A DNA stretch of 38,828 bases, from the NCBI GenBank assembly GCA_028817975.1, contig JAPPOJ010000262.1:1-38828 (forward strand), read 5' to 3'. This document shows positions 1 through 9,900 of the stretch, piece by piece. Numbering within the stretch: position 1 is the first letter of the stretch; every line of letters starts with the position of its first letter. Origin of the DNA: Zetaproteobacteria bacterium. Lineage in GTDB: Bacteria; Bdellovibrionota_B; Oligoflexia; Oligoflexales; Bog-1112. The notes beneath the pieces were generated by a model that saw nothing but the letters and a program-made list of their open reading frames with translations, searched no databases and was not told the origin of the DNA. The position numbers and the translations under genes are program-made.

Positions 1-38
1 TCTTTTTTCTGAGCATACAATGAAATACCCAGATTTGA

Positions 39-1898
39 GTGCAGCTTAAACGTTATTGTCGGAGTTATCGATTGCAAAATATTATAGAAGATAAATCGGT
101 TCCAAGCCCTTTTCCTGTGGGGGCTTGGGGCGAAGAGCTAGGCAAGTATTCAGAGTCAGATCGTAAGTGGTTGCTTCATGCTGCAAGTGTTGAGAAAATG
201 GAAGTCAATTTCTTGGCTGCAGATGATAATGAACAAAAGTTGTTACGTAAGTTTTTGCGTCAGGAAAAAAAGATACCTTCTTTGGCCGAGCTGCTAGCTT
301 TGAATAGTAACTCTTTGCTAGAGCGGCGAGGCTGGGGGAAAACCGCAGCCAAGAGATTGGCAGCGTTTCAGCTGCGCTTGTCGGCAAGCTTGCTGGAGAA
401 CCGAGACAATCTGTTGTCTTTGGTGCAGGATAATTCAAAGCCAGCGCCTATCGTATTTCGTAAGGTGGCCAACTTCGATTTGGGTTGGATTGATGAGGCT
501 TTGGTCGCGGATATGGATTATGGCTTAGCCTGTCTTTCTGAAGAGATGAGGACTATTGCCCGTGGTCGTTGGGCTTACCAGTCCGAGGCGATGTCTCTAG
601 AAGAAATTGGGATGAAGTTTGATAAAACACGTGAGCGTGTGCGGCAGCTGCAAGAAGATTTCAATCGCACGATTTGTATTAGTCTGCGGGTTGGGGGGCA
701 GTTTCTCCGCCATAATCTTAAGCGTTTTCCTGAGTCTTCTGCCAGCCAGTTGCTACCAAAGTTTTTTGCGCGTTTCACCAACCAAAAGCGTTTTTATCAG
801 TTTTTAGATATGTGCTGTGGACTCACTGGGAAGGAAAGCTTTCTAGAATCTCAGTGGATTGACTTTCAACAGATATCTTTGGGGGAGTTAGAAGCTTTTT
901 ATGCCAGTGTTGCCGGCCCTTATAACCGAGTGGACCTGCTTTTGGCGATTCAGAATATTTATAAGTTTAGCCCTTTGCAAGCTGGTGAGTGGCTTGACCA
1001 CTTGATTTGTATAGGGCGTTTGGTTCCTTCAGGAGGGGGGCTGTATCCCCATGGGTTGCATAAAAATATTGCGGTAGCTCATGCGTTGCTGAGCTATCCT
1101 GAGGGGTTACACTGGACTCAAGTTTATCGTGAAATTCAGCGTAAAAACTTGCTGCGTGTTCAGCTGAATGACCAGCGCTTGGATGCCTCATTTACGGAAA
1201 ATCAGTTTATTTATCTTGTGAACCAAGGGACTTACTGTCATCGCCGCTTTATGAAAGTTTCGTCGGCGCAGGCTGAAAAGTTGATTAGTTGGACCCGCTC
1301 GCGCTTAAGCCTTTCTCCTGGCGAGAAGTTTCACCTTTTGGGTCTGTGGCAGGAGCTATGTTCTCAGCAGGGTGAGGTGTGTGATTATTTTCACTACCGC
1401 CATGTCATTTCTGTCTATGGTGAAAAATTTGGTGTCTATTTTAGTGGTGCGTCTCGGAATGACACTGTTTCTATGGAAGAGAATGCGGTAAAGAAGACGA
1501 GTCGTTCGGATGTTTTGAACGTGTTGATTCAAGCTGGATGTGTGCTCCATTACGACGAGATTATGTCACGTTTAGGGCGTCGTGGATCAAGTTTGGTCTT
1601 AAATGCTTTGTACGCTTTGCGTGAAGAGCGTCAGGTTGTTTTTCTTGGCAGACAACGCTACGCCACCTTGGATGTTGCTTTTGCAAAACTGAATATTGCC
1701 AAAGCCTCCGACCTTGTCATCGCGACCTGTAAAAGTAGAGATGGTATTGCTCGTATGGAAACGTTAGTGCAGGTGTTGAATCAGAAATTCGGTCTCCAAG
1801 AGTCTCGATCCTTTTATTCTGCCTTTTTGCGTATGTTTGGCTCCTTAAATGGTTGGACTGTAGAGTCTGGGCGCGTAAAATTACGCAGTCGAGCTTAA
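39..1898 (+). CDS. Multidomain DNA-binding protein: RNA polymerase alpha-CTD-like HhH + sigma-70 region 4 HTH + several winged-HTH (HARE-HTH-like) domains
   Basis: SLAELLALNSNSLLERRGWGKTAAKRL resembles alpha-CTD. LSEEMRTIARGRW...MSLEEIGMKFDKTRERVRQLQ is a sigma-70 region 4 HTH. HALLSYPEGLHWTQVYREI...IYLVNQGTY and VLIQAGCVLHYDEIMSRL...LGRQRYA look like wHTH units. No sigma region 2 is recognisable. GTG start, exact start uncertain. Confidence 0.7.
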   Translation: MQLKRYCRSYRLQNIIEDKSVPSPFPVGAWGEELGKYSESDRKWLLHAASVEKMEVNFLAADDNEQKLLRKFLRQEKKIPSLAELLALNSNSLLERRGWGKTAAKRLAAFQLRLSASLLENRDNLLSLVQDNSKPAPIVFRKVANFDLGWIDEALVADMDYGLACLSEEMRTIARGRWAYQSEAMSLEEIGMKFDKTRERVRQLQEDFNRTICISLRVGGQFLRHNLKRFPESSASQLLPKFFARFTNQKRFYQFLDMCCGLTGKESFLESQWIDFQQISLGELEAFYASVAGPYNRVDLLLAIQNIYKFSPLQAGEWLDHLICIGRLVPSGGGLYPHGLHKNIAVAHALLSYPEGLHWTQVYREIQRKNLLRVQLNDQRLDASFTENQFIYLVNQGTYCHRRFMKVSSAQAEKLISWTRSRLSLSPGEKFHLLGLWQELCSQQGEVCDYFHYRHVISVYGEKFGVYFSGASRNDTVSMEENAVKKTSRSDVLNVLIQAGCVLHYDEIMSRLGRRGSSLVLNALYALREERQVVFLGRQRYATLDVAFAKLNIAKASDLVIATCKSRDGIARMETLVQVLNQKFGLQESRSFYSAFLRMFGSLNGWTVESGRVKLRSRA

Positions 1899-1929
1899 GA
1901 GCAAAGACTTACTTTGCCCTGCTATGAGG

Positions 1930-3828
1930 CTAGTCTGTATCGAATGTGCTGTCGTTATTTTCAATGCCCTTTGCCTCATGGTTGGGTGAGAGGTGTCTTT
2001 CGATGCTTTCTTTCAGCCTTTGTGCGGTTGCTAAAGACATTCCCCTTACTTTTTGTGCAATTTCAACAGCACTCAACGTTCCAATCATTTCTAAGTCGGT
2101 AAAATGTTCTAATACCCTTTTGCGTAGAACAGGCCCTATTCCGGGAATCTTCAGTAGACTGGGGGTTTGGCGGATCTTTTGCCGCCGCTTTCTGTGATGA
2201 GAGATCGCAAAACGGTGTGCTTCATCGCGTATTTTAGTGACCAGTCCGCATACGGGGCTTGCAGGATCGAGTTCAATCGTTTGGGGGGGCGCGCGTAGGA
2301 TAAGGCGCTCGGCCGTATGAATGGGGCTGTGCTGGGAGCCCGCAGTCTTGGTACGAGCTTTTGCTAGTCCTATAACAGTAATATGTTGCTTGGATTTTTC
2401 TTCGAGAGCGCCCCAGGCGGCTTCGAGCTGTCCTTTCCCCCCGTCGATAATGAGTAAGTGAGGGTCGGGACGTTGGCTATTTTGCTTGAAACGCCTGCGC
2501 AGCACCTGTGCAATGGAGTGATAGTCGTCAGGGGTTTGAGTTTCATCACACACGTTGTAAAGGCGGTATTCGTTTTTATCCGGTTTTCCTTGTGTGAAGC
2601 AGACGATTGCAGCAACTGTGGCGGTACCTTGAAAGTGAGAGATATCGATGCACTCTATTCTTTCGGGGCTTGTGCTCATGACACAAAGATTTTGTAAAGT
2701 TGCGAGTGCGATTTCGTTGGGTTGTGCAAAGATCTTTTGATGCTCTGCATGTAAGTGAGCATTTTTTTTAGCGGTGTTGGAGAGAGTGCGTACTTCTCCC
2801 TTTTGAAGAGGTTTTATTTGAGGCTGTGCGCCCTGTTCTGTCAAAACTCTTTCTAAGAGGGAGCAACTTTCTTCGGTAAGTGGGCTGAAGATATTCTCTG
2901 GAGCTGTATGTTGACTGTAGTAGTTGGTCAAGAAGGAGAGAATGGTTTCTTCCTGTGTTTGTAAGACGAGGCCCATCACCTGATTGAAATGCCCGAGTAG
3001 CTTATTATTTCTAACCATGCAAATAGAAACGCTGATATTTTCTTGGTCGGATTCCACCCAATCAATCACGTCGGCGTTTGACAGGAATTTGTATTGTACA
3101 TTTTGATTGCTTTGAAATTTTTTCAGTGCAGAGAGTTGGTCTCGAATTTTAGCTGCAAGCTCGTAGCTTTCTTGGTGACTTGCTTGCCACATTTTTTCAT
3201 TGAGCTGGTTCAAAAGTTGCTTCTTTCGACCTTTTAACCATTGAGTGGCTTCTTGGAGCACTGCGATATATTGGGTTCGGTCCACGTGGCGGGTGCACTG
3301 ACCTAAGCACTTATGCATATGAAAATATAAACATGGTCGTTTGGCGTGATTAAACTCATGTTCCCCACAACGTATGAGAGGGAAAATTTCGTATATACAG
3401 TCAAGAACTAGGCTAAGTTCGGCTGTCTGTGCAAAGGGGCCAATGTACTCGGCTTTGTCACCTTCCTTTTTTTTGCGTACGACCTGTAGTCGTGGCCATG
3501 TCGCGTCCCAGTCAATGCGTACCATTGGGTATTGTTTGTCATCTCTTAGAAGAACGTTGTACTTGGGCTGATGGTGCTGAATGAGGTTGCGCTCTAATAA
3601 GAGAGCTTCAACTTCAGTCGTGACGGTGATGTATTGAAGGTCGTGGATTTGGGCTAATAACGCACGAGTTTTGAGTGAGTGGCTCTCCAGATTGCGAAAG
3701 TAGGATTGAACCCGCGAATAGAGATTTTTGGCCTTGCCGATATAGATGACTTTTTGAAGGCGATCATACATGAGGTAGACGCCGCAGACTTTAGGGAGTG
3801 AGCGGACTTTCTGACGAAGTATAGTCAC
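1930..3828 (-). CDS. uvrC: Excinuclease ABC subunit C
   Basis: GIY-YIG (GVYLM...IYIGKAKNL..RV.SYF), EALLLERNLI..HQPKYNVLLRDDK, 4-Cys region, UVR domain (YELAAKIRDQ), RIECIDISH, LIIDGGKGQL, RDEAHRFAI, C-terminal HhH (IPGIG). GTG start. Confidence 0.98.
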   Translation of the reverse strand: MTILRQKVRSLPKVCGVYLMYDRLQKVIYIGKAKNLYSRVQSYFRNLESHSLKTRALLAQIHDLQYITVTTEVEALLLERNLIQHHQPKYNVLLRDDKQYPMVRIDWDATWPRLQVVRKKKEGDKAEYIGPFAQTAELSLVLDCIYEIFPLIRCGEHEFNHAKRPCLYFHMHKCLGQCTRHVDRTQYIAVLQEATQWLKGRKKQLLNQLNEKMWQASHQESYELAAKIRDQLSALKKFQSNQNVQYKFLSNADVIDWVESDQENISVSICMVRNNKLLGHFNQVMGLVLQTQEETILSFLTNYYSQHTAPENIFSPLTEESCSLLERVLTEQGAQPQIKPLQKGEVRTLSNTAKKNAHLHAEHQKIFAQPNEIALATLQNLCVMSTSPERIECIDISHFQGTATVAAIVCFTQGKPDKNEYRLYNVCDETQTPDDYHSIAQVLRRRFKQNSQRPDPHLLIIDGGKGQLEAAWGALEEKSKQHITVIGLAKARTKTAGSQHSPIHTAERLILRAPPQTIELDPASPVCGLVTKIRDEAHRFAISHHRKRRQKIRQTPSLLKIPGIGPVLRKRVLEHFTDLEMIGTLSAVEIAQKVRGMSLATAQRLKESIERHLSPNHEAKGIENNDSTFDTD

Positions 3829-3837
3829 GGTGAGTCC

Positions 3838-5871
3838 TTAGTTGGTTTGGTCGATCCACAATGCGAGGGCCGACTTCATCTCGGTAATTTCATCTCTCAG
3901 GGTGGCAGCATTTTCAAACTCTAGTTGTGCAGCTGCTTTTTGCATTTTTTTCTGCTGGGTGCGAATTCTTTTTTCAAGTTCAGCAGGTGTTTTTACTCCC
4001 CACAGTTCGATTTGCTGTTGCATCGAGTCTGTGTTGGACATTGCTTCTGCACCTTCGTGCAGTGGCTTGAGGAGTCCATAAATGACCCGAAGATCCTGTT
4101 GTACAGGTTTGAGAACAGTTTTAGGCTGAATATCATTTTTTTGGTTGTAGGCCAATTGTTTTTGTCGCCTTCTTTCGGTCTCTTCGATCGCAAGTTTCAT
4201 GGAGTCCGTGATGTGATCGGCGTAGAGAATGGCTTTGCCACAGTCATTGCGTGCTGCACGCCCGATAATTTGGATGAGAGATGCTCTAGAGCGTAAGAAG
4301 CCTTCTTTATCGGCATCCATAACAGCTACGAGGGCGACCTCGGGGACATCGATCCCTTCTCGTAGTAGATTGATTCCTATCAATACATCGAACTTTCCCA
4401 GACGTAATTGGCGCAGTAAGTCCGCACGGGTTAATGCATCAATATCTGAGTGTAAATACTCGACGCGAAACCCCTGTTCACGATAGTGTTTGCATAAGTC
4501 TTCGGCCATACGCTTGGTGAGTGTGGTAATCATGACGCGAAAGCCGGCTGCGATTGTTTTAGTCATTTGTGTTTGAAGATGATCGACCTGGAGGTGTGCA
4601 CTCACGACCTCTACTTGGGGGTCCAACAACCCTGTGGGGCGTATAATTTGCTCGGTTAGATTCTTGGAGGAGAGTTGTAGCTCGCGTGGACTTGGTGTAG
4701 CAGACACATAAAGAATGCGGTTATTGCGTGAGAGAAACTCTTCAAAATTTAGAGGGCGGTTGTCCAGTGCTGCGGGCAGACGGAAACCGTACTCCACGAG
4801 GTTGCTTTTACGTGACCTATCCCCGTTAAACATCCCGCCTATTTGCGAGACGGTAATATGACTCTCGTCGATGATGGTGAGAAAGTCTTTGGGGAAGTAA
4901 TCGAGCAAACATGGCGGGGGTTCGCCGGGGAGTAAGCCGGTGAGATATCGGGAGTAGTTTTCAATGCCTGGACAAAAGCCTAGTTGCTCGAAAGATTCAA
5001 TGTCTGCCATGGTTCTTTCTTCTAACCTGGCTGCCTCGGCATGTCTTTGTAAGCTTTTGAGTTGCCTGAGTCGCACACCTAGATCGCTGAGAATGTTTTG
5101 TACGATGCTATGAATGGCTTTTTGGCTTGCGATATAGTGGCTGCCTGGGTAGATGGAAACTTTATCGACGGCCTTTAACGGTCGCCCTGAAAGAGCATCG
5201 ATGAGCATGATTTCTTCAATACTATCCCCAAAAAAGCAGATCCGTACAGCTTCGTCACGTTGGTGTGCAGGAAGAATGTCAACTTGCTCTCCTCGGACGC
5301 GAAACTTGCCACGACTCAGGTCGAGGTCGTTACGGCTGTATTGGAGCTCGATGAGAGAGCGGAGCAAGCTATCACGCGTAAGTGTGTCGTTGGTGGCTAA
5401 ATGAATGACCTGTTCTGCATAGGTTTCGGGTGATCCTAGGCCATAAATGCAGCTTACACTGGCGACAATAATGGTGTTAGGCTTTTCGAAAAGAAACCGG
5501 GTCGCTTCGTGACGCATCTTATCAATATCTTCATTGATGGCGCTGTCTTTCTCGATATAGGTGTCCGAAGCTGGGATATAGGCTTCGGGCTGATAATAGT
5601 CGTAGTAGCTGATAAAGTAGCCGACATTTTCTTTGGGGAAATATTCTTTGAACTCAAGGTACAGCTGAGCAGCGAGTGTCTTGTTGGGAGCAATAATCAG
5701 AGTCGGGAGCTGTAGCTTAGAGATAACATTGGCCATGGTAAAGGTTTTTCCCGACCCAGTCACTCCCATCAACACGTGGTGTTGCTGGCCTGAAGTAAAT
5801 GCGTTTACAATAGATGCTATAGCTTGGGGCTGATCTCCTTGGGGGGTGTATTTCGAATGTACTTTGAACAC
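3838..5871 (-). CDS. uvrB: Excinuclease ABC subunit B
   Basis: PQGDQPQAI, Walker A GVTGSGKT, beta-hairpin YYDYYQPEAY, DESH box, INLLREGID, QIIGRAARN, C-terminal UVR (LEFENAATLRDEI). GTG start; ends 9 bp before the uvrC start. Confidence 0.99.
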   Translation of the reverse strand: MFKVHSKYTPQGDQPQAIASIVNAFTSGQQHHVLMGVTGSGKTFTMANVISKLQLPTLIIAPNKTLAAQLYLEFKEYFPKENVGYFISYYDYYQPEAYIPASDTYIEKDSAINEDIDKMRHEATRFLFEKPNTIIVASVSCIYGLGSPETYAEQVIHLATNDTLTRDSLLRSLIELQYSRNDLDLSRGKFRVRGEQVDILPAHQRDEAVRICFFGDSIEEIMLIDALSGRPLKAVDKVSIYPGSHYIASQKAIHSIVQNILSDLGVRLRQLKSLQRHAEAARLEERTMADIESFEQLGFCPGIENYSRYLTGLLPGEPPPCLLDYFPKDFLTIIDESHITVSQIGGMFNGDRSRKSNLVEYGFRLPAALDNRPLNFEEFLSRNNRILYVSATPSPRELQLSSKNLTEQIIRPTGLLDPQVEVVSAHLQVDHLQTQMTKTIAAGFRVMITTLTKRMAEDLCKHYREQGFRVEYLHSDIDALTRADLLRQLRLGKFDVLIGINLLREGIDVPEVALVAVMDADKEGFLRSRASLIQIIGRAARNDCGKAILYADHITDSMKLAIEETERRRQKQLAYNQKNDIQPKTVLKPVQQDLRVIYGLLKPLHEGAEAMSNTDSMQQQIELWGVKTPAELEKRIRTQQKKMQKAAAQLEFENAATLRDEITEMKSALALWIDQTN

Positions 5872-6137
5872 GATATATCCTGACTGATGAAGGGTGATGT
5901 GTTGAATGTGCTAGCTCAGGCAAGTGGCAGTGTGTTTTTGCCTTGGGTGTTGCCTGTGGGAGCTTCGAAAAAAGGTACGTGTGCTTTAATCTTACACAAG
6001 AGCTTTGAAGTGCCATCGTTTTCATACTACACTAGTCTAGGCTGTTGAAAGGGTGGCTGGTTTGTTGCGTGGAAGATTATAGAGTTTGTAGGATATTTTT
6101 GAAACAGATTCATTTTCGTCGTTTGCAGTTGAACTAC

Positions 6138-6168
6138 CTTCCGCGTTAAGCTAACTTAGCTACGGAAG
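6138..6168. promoter_or_regulatory. Nested inverted repeat upstream of actA (candidate operator or 5'-UTR hairpin)
   Basis: CTTCCG-cgtta-AGCTAA-c-TTAGCT-a-CGGAAG, ending 27 bp before the actA ATG. Confidence 0.35.
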
Positions 6169-6195
6169 AAAACGAGGATAAATAAGGAACCTGGC

Positions 6196-6819
6196 ATGGT
6201 CTTGCGATTTTGTTGGATTGCGTTGACAGCAACTTGTTTGTTGATGAGTGGCAGCAGTTACGCTTGGTGGATGTGGACACCTGGTGACCATGTCGATGAC
6301 TCGACACAGAATATGTTTGACTATGGCTATCACCCCAAGCAGCCTATCGATTTTAGCCACGAGCTGCACGCGGGTAAGCGAGAAATACCTTGTCAGTATT
6401 GCCATTCTGCAGCAAGGCGGTCCATCTCTGCTGGGATTCCAAGTATGCATACCTGTATGGGGTGCCATCAGTACGTGCGTACGGATAAAGAACCCATTCA
6501 ATTTTTGACCCAGAAGTATCAGGAACAAGACCCTATTCGTTGGACTAAAGTAAACGACCTCCCCGACTATGTCAGGTTTAGTCATCAAGCTCATCTTGGT
6601 GCTAAGGATCATGAAGGGAAGCTGCTACTCGGTGAGGACGAAGATCAGGTTTGTATCGCGTGTCATGGTCCAGTAAAGGAGATGACGACCTATGCGCAAT
6701 GGACGCCGTTGCAAATGGGGTGGTGTATTAGCTGTCATAATCAAAAACGTGAACCGGAATCCCCAGGAGCAGAGCCAAAGAATTTCGCTGCTGTGTCATG
6801 TAATACTTGTCATTATTAG
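6196..6819 (+). CDS. actA: Alternative complex III pentaheme cytochrome c subunit A
   Basis: Five CxxCH motifs (CQYCH, CMGCH, CIACH, CISCH, CNTCH), QPIDFSHELHAG, PIRWTKVNDLPDYVRFSHQAH, PLQMGWCISCH; first gene of an act operon. Confidence 0.93.
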   Translation: MVLRFCWIALTATCLLMSGSSYAWWMWTPGDHVDDSTQNMFDYGYHPKQPIDFSHELHAGKREIPCQYCHSAARRSISAGIPSMHTCMGCHQYVRTDKEPIQFLTQKYQEQDPIRWTKVNDLPDYVRFSHQAHLGAKDHEGKLLLGEDEDQVCIACHGPVKEMTTYAQWTPLQMGWCISCHNQKREPESPGAEPKNFAAVSCNTCHY

Positions 6820-6922
6820 AGTTAGGTGAATTGGGTTTAGAATAGTAACGATTGATTAAATAGGTTTTATCGATGCTTGCTTGTGGAAACAGATGTCCAC
6901 TAGCATGACAACCTTCCTGTAG

Positions 6923-9900
6923 ATGCGGAGAGTTGCTTTGAGTAAACAAGAAGTGGACGAATTGGCAAAGCTTGCAGAAAAACCGGAAGTCTTTGCTCCG
7001 AGTGGATCTTTTGAGGCTCCTGTCCGTGATGTGAAGCCTGGTGAGTACTATGCTTATGCTGAAGAGCGTCTCCCTGGCATTACGGAGGTTGAGGGCTCTG
7101 TGGAGGCCGACCTACCTGTAAGCCCTCAGGAGAAACTGGCCACGCAGGGCTTCTCTCTGGATCGTCGAGACGTGTTGCGGCTTTTCGGTGCGAGCGCGGT
7201 AGCTTCTTCTGCAGGCTGTATTCAAAGGCCGGAAGAGCATATCGTTTCTTATATACGTAAGCCGCGTGATCAAGTTCCGGGAGTTGCGACTCACTATGCT
7301 TCCACATGTGACGGCTGCGCCTCGAGTTGTGGCATTGTCGTTAAGACCAAGGGTGGCCGTCCGGTAAAAATTGAAGGTCATGATGAGCATCCCGTGAGTC
7401 AAGGGGCTTTGTGTGGCGTCGGTCAGGCAGGCCTGCAGGCTTTATATCATCCTGAGCGACTCAAAGGTCCTCGGGTGCGTGTTGGAGAACGTTTAGACGA
7501 AACGACTTGGGATGATGTTTTTGAGCGCATTGCGAAGACGCTTGGAAGTAAGGCCAAGATAGGTATTCTTACGGGCGCACCGTCTGGACATGCTCTCGAA
7601 TTTTATAAGGAAGTCCTGTCTAACATGGGCCAAGGTGAGGATCAACTCTACACCTGGGAGCCAAATGGCTTGTTTACTTCGATTGCGAAGGCCCACGAGT
7701 TCGCCTTTGGTGAGCTAGATCTGCCTCGGGTAGAGCTAAGCTCTGCTCAGTTAGTTGTTGGCATTTCTTCTGATTTTCTGGATGTTGGGACCGCTCCTGT
7801 TTTTCATGGGAAGGGCTTTTCGCGTGGACATGCCTATGCTTTGGGTAAACGTGGTAGGTTTGTGGCTTTTGAAAGCAACTATACGCTTACAGGAGCGAAG
7901 GCCGATGAGCGTCATGTTATTAACCCTGGGGCAGAGGTTCTCGTAACTTTGCTGTTGGTACGCTCCCTGATGGAGGAGCCTGGCTCGCGTGGTTCTGTAG
8001 CCCAAAGAAAACAAATAGCCGATATTTTGGAGTTGCAAAAGTCTGTTTTAGACGAAGCTTATGCAAAAGTTGGTATTGAGAAGACTGTATTTGATGAGCT
8101 CGCGCACAGCCTACTACAAATGCCAAGTGTCATCCTAGCGGGTGGTAGCTCGGTGTTTGATCACAATGCGACCCAGCTCCAGCTTGCAGCGATATTTGCG
8201 AACATCTTAATAGGCTCCTATGGTGCGACTCTGATGTTTGAGGATGGCTGGATGCCGTGTCCTGTCGTGCCGGGGGACCTGAAACGTCTTTTAAGTAATG
8301 CAGAAGATCTCGACGCGCTGATTGTGGTGGACACCAATCCTATTTTCTCGGCTCCGCCTAGTTGGGAAGTTAGGAAAGTGCTTGAGAGGATTCCATTTGT
8401 AGTTTCTATCCAGAACTTTCCAAATGAAATGGACGATGTTGCTGAGTTTGTGTTACCGAATAATCACTACTTAGAATCTTGGGGAGATGCCCAGCCTGTA
8501 GCCGGATTCTGGTCTATGCGTCAGCCAGTTGTGCGCTCCACTACCAATAGCCGTCAAGCGGAAGATATCTTGTTATGGGTCTTGGCCTACATGGAGAAAA
8601 GTCTTCCTTATAAAGATTATCGGGCGTATCTCAGAAAACGTTGGCAGAAAATCTACGATATGTCCGGTACGAAGGTTTCTTATGACCACTTTTTGCAGGC
8701 CGTTACTCGGCGTGGCTTCGTGGGTCGCTTGCAGACACGTACTGTGGCAGAGCTGTCTAATGTGAGAGATCACTTTCGTGGCCTTCCTGAGCCTTTGACA
8801 GAGCTTAGTCTTATTTCTCCTTTAGACTCGCGACTACATGACGGGCGTTATGCTCACTTGCCAGTGCTCCAGGAGGCAGGAGATCCGATCACGACGATCA
8901 CTTGGGACACTTGGGCGGGATTTAACCCACATACAATGGAGGCCCGTGGGATACGTCAAGGGCAAGTTGTGAAAGTTAAATCCAGTGTTGGCGAAATAGA
9001 AGTGACGGCTTTCGCAGTTCCTGGAGTGCATAAGAATCTTGTGGTTGTTCCCCGAGGGAATGGACATCAAGATCACCGCTCGACGATCTCTTATAAAAAT
9101 GGTGTGAATCCACTTCCGTTGTTTTTGAGGGCTGAAGATCGATATAGTGGGCAGCCGGTGACGTCGAATCAAAAGATCGAAGTTGTGGTGACAGAGAAAA
9201 GATACCGTTTAGCCGCTTTACAAAAGACGTCTGACATTGGTGAGCGTTCCGATATTATTAAGAAACACTCGTTGGCTACTTTAAAGCGTAACTTTAATAA
9301 GAAGCGTGACTTAGATCATGTTCCAGACCTCTTTCCTAAGCTGGAGGAGGGAGAGTACAAGTGGGGTATGTCGATCGACTTAGATCGTTGTACGGGTTGT
9401 GGTGCCTGTATGATTGCATGCTCCGTTGAGAATAATGTTCCCCAGGTTGGGCGTGAGCAAATTCTTCTTGGGCGTACGATGCATTGGATTCGTTTGGATC
9501 GCTACTTTCATGGGGATTTGAATAATCCTAAAGCAACTTTCCAGCCGGTCATGTGTCAGCATTGCAATCATGCTCCATGTGAGGCGGTGTGTCCTGTCTA
9601 TGCAACGACACATGATGAAGAAGGCATGAATGCGATGACCTACAACCGCTGTGTAGGAACACGCTACTGTGCAAACGCCTGTCCTTATAAAGTGCGTCGC
9701 TTTAACTGGTGGACGCATAAGTGGGGAGAAATGGGGAAACGACAAATGGATCGGAATCCCAGAGCCGTGAATCCAGATGTGACGGTTCGTACGCGTGGAG
9801 TGATGGAGAAGTGCTCCTTATGTGTTGGGCGTATCCGGGATGCAAAGCATGTTGCCAAAGCTGAAGGGCGTAAAGTGAAGGATCGCGACGTTCGGACGGC

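Noticed and set aside
39-1898. Annotation as an RpoD-like sigma factor
   Set aside because: Only region 4 is present; the core-binding/melting region 2 is not recognisable.
5872-6060. Possible LexA/SOS box upstream of uvrB
   Set aside because: No match to the LexA boxes I know (CTGT-N8-ACAG, GAAC-N4-GTTC, GTTC-N7-GTTC) was seen.
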